Assembly (NCBI GenBank): GCA_951406725.2
Contig: OX597826.1
Location: 55,180,001 to 55,244,000 of the forward strand
Direction of reading: 5' to 3'
Length of the DNA: 64,000 bases
Source: Octopus vulgaris
Lineage: Eukaryota
Shown here: positions 57,828-64,000 of the stretch, in pieces
Layout of the letters: the number at the start of each line of letters is the position of its first letter
How positions within the stretch are numbered: the stretch's first letter is position 1
Notes under the pieces: generated by a model
The model's input: the letters and a program-made list of their open reading frames with translations, nothing else
Told to the model about the DNA's origin: nothing
Database searches by the model: none
Translations under genes and position numbers: made by a program

Positions 57828-58707
57828 GATGAAATCCACTCAATCACACGCCAGATTTTACCATAACGATAAATACACGTGTGGTTCAATTGATTACATC
57901 CGACGTTATAATTCAAATGCCCTTACCAACAGAGCGCCAAACTTTCACGGAAACAAATACTACATTTAGAAATAAATGTAGCATAATTATAATTAATTAA
58001 TAAGGGTGAGAGAATTAGATACTAATTTAATAGTATATCTATTCAACACCAAGTGGCCCAGTGCTCCGAGAAACCTGGATTATTATAATATTTTATAATA
58101 TATTATAATATTTTATACAAAAATAAATATAAGAGTGTGGTCACTATATGGCTCACTCTAGCACTAGTTAATCCAAAAGGTTTAATCCAAAAGCTACAAG
58201 TGGATTTTTTGTAAGTAAAATTACATTTAATTCATTAATAGCGAAACAATTGTCCCAAAATAATCTGTATTTTTGTTATTTTTTATTTGCACTGTTCATG
58301 TGAGCTAACAATCGTACTGACTTTCATGGGAAACATGTATTTTTGTGGTTGAAACCTTTTGGATTAACTAGTGCTAGAGTGAGCCATATAGTGACTACTC
58401 TCTTATATTTATTTTTGCATAAAATATTATAATATATTATAAAATATTATAATAATCCAGGTTTCTCGGAGCACTGGGCCACTTGGTGTTGAATAGATAT
58501 ACTATTAAATTAGTATCTAATTCTCTCACCCTTATTAATTAATTATAATTATGCTACATTTATTTCTAAATGTAGTATTTGTTTCCGTGAAAGTTTGGCG
58601 CGCTGTTGGTAAGGGCATTTGAATTATAACGTCGGATGTAATCAATTGAACCACACGTGTATTTATCGTTATGGTAAAATCTGGCGTGTGATTGAGTGGA
58701 TTTCATC

Positions 58708-58802
58708 CAGATAGTTTTGGCTGAGGAGCTACAAGTGGATTTTTTGTAAGTAAAATTACATTTAATTCATTAATAGCGAAACAATTGTCCCAAAATAATC
58801 TG
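58708..58802 (+). ncRNA. Type I hammerhead ribozyme with intact core
   Basis: Stem I cagatagttttgg/ccaaaataatctg (13 positions, one G-U, one mismatch); CTGAGGA 58721-58727; stem II gcta/tagc around a 42-nt insert; GAAA 58778-58781; palindromic stem III ACAATTGT; GTC cleavage after 58789. Confidence 0.85.
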
Positions 58803-58944
58803 TATTTTTGTTATTTTTTATTTGCCCTGTTCGTGTGAGCTAACAATCGTACTGACTTTCATGGGAAACATGTATTTTTGTGGTTGAAACCTTTTGGATT
58901 AACTAGTGCTAGAGTGAGCCATATAGTGACCACTCTCTTATATT

Positions 58945-58993
<49 letters not shown>

Positions 58994-59132
58994 TATACGT
59001 ATGTATATATATATATATATATATATATAAATACATACACCTATATATGCACATATATACACATATACATGTATGCATATATATACATAATTCTAGCACA
59101 CTCATATATGTATATATATATATATATATGCC

Positions 59133-59165
<33 letters not shown>

Positions 59166-59864
59166 CATCTGGACCTATGATAGTTATAGTTCACCTCACG
59201 TAGACGAGTTACATTGTCATCAAAATCACTTATAATTCTCTACCCAGGAGGGAATATTCTCTCGATCGCACAAAAGGTGGACGAGAGCCAGAAGTGTCTA
59301 CGAGAACTCTTAGTTGAACATTCAAGTAAAAAAAATTTAAAGCACCGATGCACACATAAAACACCTGATTTTTTTATATGGGACACGGAATAGCAAAAAG
59401 AAAAAAAAATCCTGATCTGTTGTAGAGGTCATCTGTCAAAAATACTCCCTCCAATATTGTTGAAAAAACATAATATGATAAGTGAATCAGAGCAGAACTT
59501 TCATCTCTTATTTTTTTCACTACATATTCTCATTGTTTCCTATTGCCGAACGTGCAGTGGACATTCAAAGCATGTAACTGGCGGAAGTTTAAAAAAGAAT
59601 GCAAAAGATAATATGGAGCATGTTGTATCGCATGAACAGAATTTAATTTGCTTTTGGTTCAATGAAGATTTGTGAAACATTCTTAAGATTCTCAATTTGA
59701 GTTTTCTGTAATGAACAGATGCACTTCAACACATCTGCATATGACATGGCATACACACAAACAAATGAGTAACACCATCATTCACATACTAAAGAGACAC
59801 TTCCAGATAGTTTATGAAAGCAAATACATTCATACATACATCGTCATTGTACGTATGCATAGAG

Positions 59865-60092
59865 GGTGTCGAGCTGGCAGAATAGTTAGCACGCCGGGCG
59901 ATATTCTTAGCGCCATTTCGTCTGCCGTTACGTTCCAAGTTCAAATTTTGCCGACGTGGACTTTGCCTTTCATCCTTTCAGGTTCGATTAAATAACTACC
60001 AGATACGCGCTGGTGTTGATGTAATCGACTTAATCCCTATGCCTGTCCTTGTTTGCCCCCTCTGTGTTTAGCTCCCTGTTGGAAATAAACAA
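59865..60092 (+). mobile_element. SINE family B
   Basis: gagctggcagaatagttagcacgccgggcg...gttcaaattttgccgacgtggactttgcctttcatcctttc. Confidence 0.85.
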
Positions 60093-60445
60093 ATTATACG
60101 TACGAATAGCTTATATGCCCATATATTAAAAATTCTCAAACGACGGGAGATCTTTTCACATAAAAGCCTTGTAGGTACCTCATTTGAATTTTATCCATAG
60201 ATATATAGTCACTATTTTGTAACATATTATAGAGACAGAGTATTCCACACATTGCACTCATAAAGTAATCCCGAGTGACTTACGTGCGAAAACTCACAAA
60301 CACAGATGTGTGGACAGAAAATTACGTGACATGAAACAAAAAAAAACGGAAAAAAGCATTCTGTTGTAAAAATTGCCGGCAACGATAGGCTACTCAGATA
60401 GTGTGCTTGTGTTTCTGTGTGTGTATGTGGTATGTGTGTGTGCAT

Positions 60446-60500
<55 letters not shown>

Positions 60501-60599
60501 GGGTTCAGCAAAAAATTTGCTTCACCACATACCGAAATTGAGCAACACACGAAGGCAAAATAACGAAGAAAAAATAACGAATTCACTCGGATTAGATTA

Positions 60600-60684
60600 A
60601 CTGTAGACGCGTTTCGGAATTAGATAGATGTGAAAAATGCAAAAACCACATTTTCATTCTATCATTCTCGCTCTTCAGTACAGT
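60600..60684 (-). ncRNA. Type I hammerhead ribozyme motif with long stem II
   Basis: Minus strand: actgta-CTGAAGA-g..gatag..tgaaaatg../..catttttca..ctatc..c-GAAA-CGCG-TC-tacagt; perfect 6-bp stem I and palindromic ACGCGT; the base of stem II is imperfect. Confidence 0.7.
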
Positions 60685-60885
60685 ATTTCAAGATTTTAAA
60701 TTTGAGGGTACTGTAAAAAATTGAACATACCTTATCTGACCAAGCGACATTATATATAAACTTGTTAGCAGTTCGAACGTGTTAGAGACGTACTGGAAAC
60801 CGCATCATTGCCATTCAATCTATTTTTCTGTTATGAAGAAAACGTCTCGGTTTCGACAAATAAGTGTAAATACAATAAGTCAGGT

Positions 60886-61180
60886 GGAGGCGCAATGGCC
60901 CAGTGGTTAGGGCAGCGGACTCGCGGTCGTAGGATCGCGGCTTCGATTCCCAGACCGAGCGTTGTGTGTGTTTATTGAGTGAAAACACCTAAAAGCTCCA
61001 CGAACTCCGGCAGTGGGTAGTGATCGCTACTGTACTCTTTCACCACTCTTTCTCTCACTCTTCTGTTGGCCTGCTCGCTTAGCCAGCGGAGTGGCGTCAT
61101 TCGAAGGCTAAAACAATGCGAACGCATTGTTACCAGCGATGTGTAGCAACATTTAAAGGTCTGGCCGGTCATGTGATCAC
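60886..61180 (+). mobile_element. tRNA-derived SINE family A
   Basis: ggaggcgcaatggcccagtggttagggcagcggactcgcggtcgtaggatcgcggcttcgattcc (A/B boxes); ends ggtcatgtgatcac. Confidence 0.85.
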
Positions 61181-61570
61181 AATAAGTTAGATCGCGGTGC
61201 TCCCTAACCAGGCTGTGGAATCCATGCATTTCGGAGAGGTTGTCAAATACGTTCCCTCCTTGGTTTTGAACTTATAACTGCAGTCTTTTTAAGATGCTTC
61301 GACAGTGTACATGTAAGGCATCTACTAATCAAATTCCAAGAGTACAAGACACTGAAACTTTGTGATACACACTGAGATCGAACCTGGGTCACTACGATTC
61401 CTAATCTAACTTCTTAACAATTTACCCATGACTGCGTATACAACACACGATTGCAATCCGCTACAATTTCGCTAACACATAAATATACTATACGATAATA
61501 GTGAAAAACACATGCATGTGTTTATAATTATACACACTGGCACACGCATACTCATACACACTCACACACA

Positions 61571-61667
<97 letters not shown>

Positions 61668-62529
61668 TGAACATGTACAGATACTCACACATTCACAAAA
61701 TACACACTGTGTATACAAGCACACATATACAAGATATAGGGATATTGATACGCACATGGAAATACCCGCCCATACGTATATACACGCACGAAAATATACG
61801 ATTCAAGACATAATTACAAACTAGATTGATCTTTCTCACATTATTTTTCGTTCGACCGCTCTCTCTCTCTCTCTCTTTTTCTCTCCCTCTCTCTTTTTCT
61901 CAGTGTATGTGTGTGCATGTGGATGTGTCAGTCACTTTGTTGCTGAAGCATGCTCGCATATGCATATACATACGCTTAATCGTACACGTGGTCAAACAGA
62001 AAGATGAACACATAGTCACACAAGTATAACAACGCATTGGTGCAAAAAATTAAAACCTGTCAACGCTCTGAACTCCCAAACATAGCCACACGCGTGTGAA
62101 ACCTATGTGTGTGTGTGAGTGTGTGTGTGTGTGTGTATGTATGTGTGTGGAGTGTTTGGGTGTAAGGAGGGACCTAGCTTATTGGTTTGGATGTGGTACT
62201 CACGATCGTAAGAATCTGATTTCGATTCCTCGACGGGGTAGTGCGATATGTTCTTGAGTATAACACCTCATTTTACGTTGGTCTAGTCCGCCCCTAAAAA
62301 TGGGTAATGCTCTGTGAGACCCATATATTTCTTTGACGAAACTATGTCCTTAGTTGTAGTGTCTACGGGGGCTTCATAAATGATGACCTCGGTCATACAA
62401 GCTCCATGTTGCGGGCACAAATTTTTACCCTGCAGAAACAACCGACTCCATTTATTTGTTTTTGTTTGTTGTGTGCAATTATATTTTTAAAGTTAGTAGT
62501 AGAACGTAAACTAATTTTTTAAGTTATGC

Positions 62530-62980
62530 CTATTAAAGAGCTTTCTATACTTATGATTGATTGGCAAATGCCCATCTATAAGGGATAAGAAGTATCTACC
62601 TATGAAACCACCGTAGACTCTTCAACAACTAAGGACATTAGTTTCTTCAAAGAAATATGTGGGTCTCACAGAGGGAAATTTTAAAGCCAGGTTCAACAAT
62701 CACACCTTAAGCTGCCGACACTGGGATAAAAGGAAAACAACCAAATTATCCAGTTATATATGGTCCTTAAAAGAAAAAGATGTCAAATATAAGATACGCT
62801 GGAAGATCTTGAACAAATGTAAGCCTTACACCAATGGCAGTGGACATTGCAGTCTTTGCGATATGGAAAGATGGGTTATCTGGAAAAGAGTTCTTTAGAC
62901 TATTCTACGTGTCTAAATCCAAGAACTGAACTTTTTGGGTCATGTCCACATACGGCAAAACGTTTGCTATGTTTTTGAAC
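62530..62980 (+). mobile_element. Penelope-like element C-terminus (GIY-YIG endonuclease remnant)
   Basis: KKYVGLTEGNFKARFNNH..S.RH....TTKLSSYIWSLK...IRWKIL..CKPY..GSGHCSLC..E, then frameshifted LNPRTELFGSCPH. Confidence 0.85.
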
Positions 62981-63560
62981 CCACAAGATCACAGACAGAA
63001 CCTGCTTTTTGTATTATATAATGTCCACGTATAAGCGTTTTACATGTCTTAACATCCCTCATAATTTTATTACTTTTTTATATATATTTTATTACTTTAT
63101 ATATTTTTTCTGTATATTATGTAACTTATACGCGTGTGCTATATACCTAAAGTATAAGTACGTGCATATATACATTGTATATGAATGATTATATATATAG
63201 GAGTGCAAGACTCTACCTGTTTTACTTGTCTCTTTCCTTCATGCACTCATATATGTATGTATATACGTTATATGTCTGCAGTTATAGATGTGTTAGACAG
63301 GGGCAGGTATATTTGTGTATATACATATATAACTCATTTGTATATTCAAGTTTTGCGGCGAGGGTGAATGTTTTACGGTTTATTATTTTTTTGCGTATGA
63401 AAACACGTATATAAAAATACACCCGCTACATGCAAAGACAGTAGGACGCATATACTTTAGTCTATTCACATATCTACCCCATATAAACACTCGCAGACAC
63501 GCATACGTACCCTTAAACATTTGTAACATAAACACAGTCAGGCTCACGCGCACATGAACA

Positions 63561-63770
63561 TCGTATCAGGAGAATTACCCCCGAGTACAATAACCACCCC
63601 CATAGGACCATTCACCCCGACGACAACTACCCTCTAGGACAATTACCGCACCTGGTTAATTAACTCCTCTACAATATATTAAAAAGTTTTTAATCATCGT
63701 CTATTCTCCTCAGGGTTAATTGTTCTTGGGGTGGGGCTTATTGTCCATGGTGGACGTATGTCCTAGATTC
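63561..63770. mobile_element. Small non-autonomous DNA element with reiterated subterminal motifs
   Basis: About five ggacaattaccc-like motifs on the left; inverted ttaattgttc, ttattgtcc and tatgtcctag on the right. Confidence 0.5.
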
Positions 63771-64000
63771 CATGAATATACGCAAGTACGAAAATATAAC
63801 GCATGTAAGAAAATATAAACGTACAAAAATACACGTGTACAAAATTATAATTATATAGTTTATCAACAGTCAAATGTATACTCACGAGCATTCCATACAC
63901 ACGTGTACACCCACGCACACAGATTCACAGACACGCGCGCGCACATACACATAGAATATAAACGTGCACCTGCACAAATAGAGACGTGTGGATACGTAAA

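Larger units (their letters stand above)
57451..58947. mobile_element. Hammerhead-bearing ~535-bp unit in tandem plus inverted arrangement (Penelope pseudo-LTR / retrozyme-like)
   Basis: taagggtgagag at 57465 and 58001 (536-bp period); inversion junction at 58184-58192; agctacaag at 58192 and 58727 (535-bp period); few differences between copies; (TA)n on both flanks. Confidence 0.88.

Noticed and set aside
57451-58947. CRISPR-like or prokaryotic interpretation of the repeat array
   Set aside because: There is no short repeat-spacer structure and the context is eukaryotic.
60886-60955. tRNA-like sequence with A and B boxes
   Set aside because: It continues into a SINE body and has degraded copies elsewhere, so it is a SINE head rather than a tRNA gene.

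Overview
AT-rich, microsatellite-saturated animal genomic DNA with no confidently identifiable host gene; it is intronic or intergenic. The SINE families and repeat landscape look like Octopus/cephalopod (inference). Nearly all ORFs in the track are microsatellite artefacts. The real content is transposon-derived: decayed Tc1/mariner elements (DD37D maT-like at 1-1123, DD41D rosa-like with TIRs at 50101-51441, a mariner MITE), 3' ends of CR1 and RTE LINEs, at least five R4/Dong-type restriction-like-endonuclease LINE ends sitting in (TAA)n arrays, Penelope-like coding remnants, a Helentron/DINE-1-like element, foldback elements and three abundant tRNA-type SINE families. The most interesting signal is invisible to the ORF track: several unrelated non-coding elements, mostly inserted at (TA)n tracts, carry type I hammerhead ribozyme motifs with palindromic stem III, some with unusually long stem II. 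The best case is a near-identical ~535-bp hammerhead-bearing unit arranged as tandem plus inverted copies at 57451-58947, which looks like a young Penelope-dependent retrozyme-like element.
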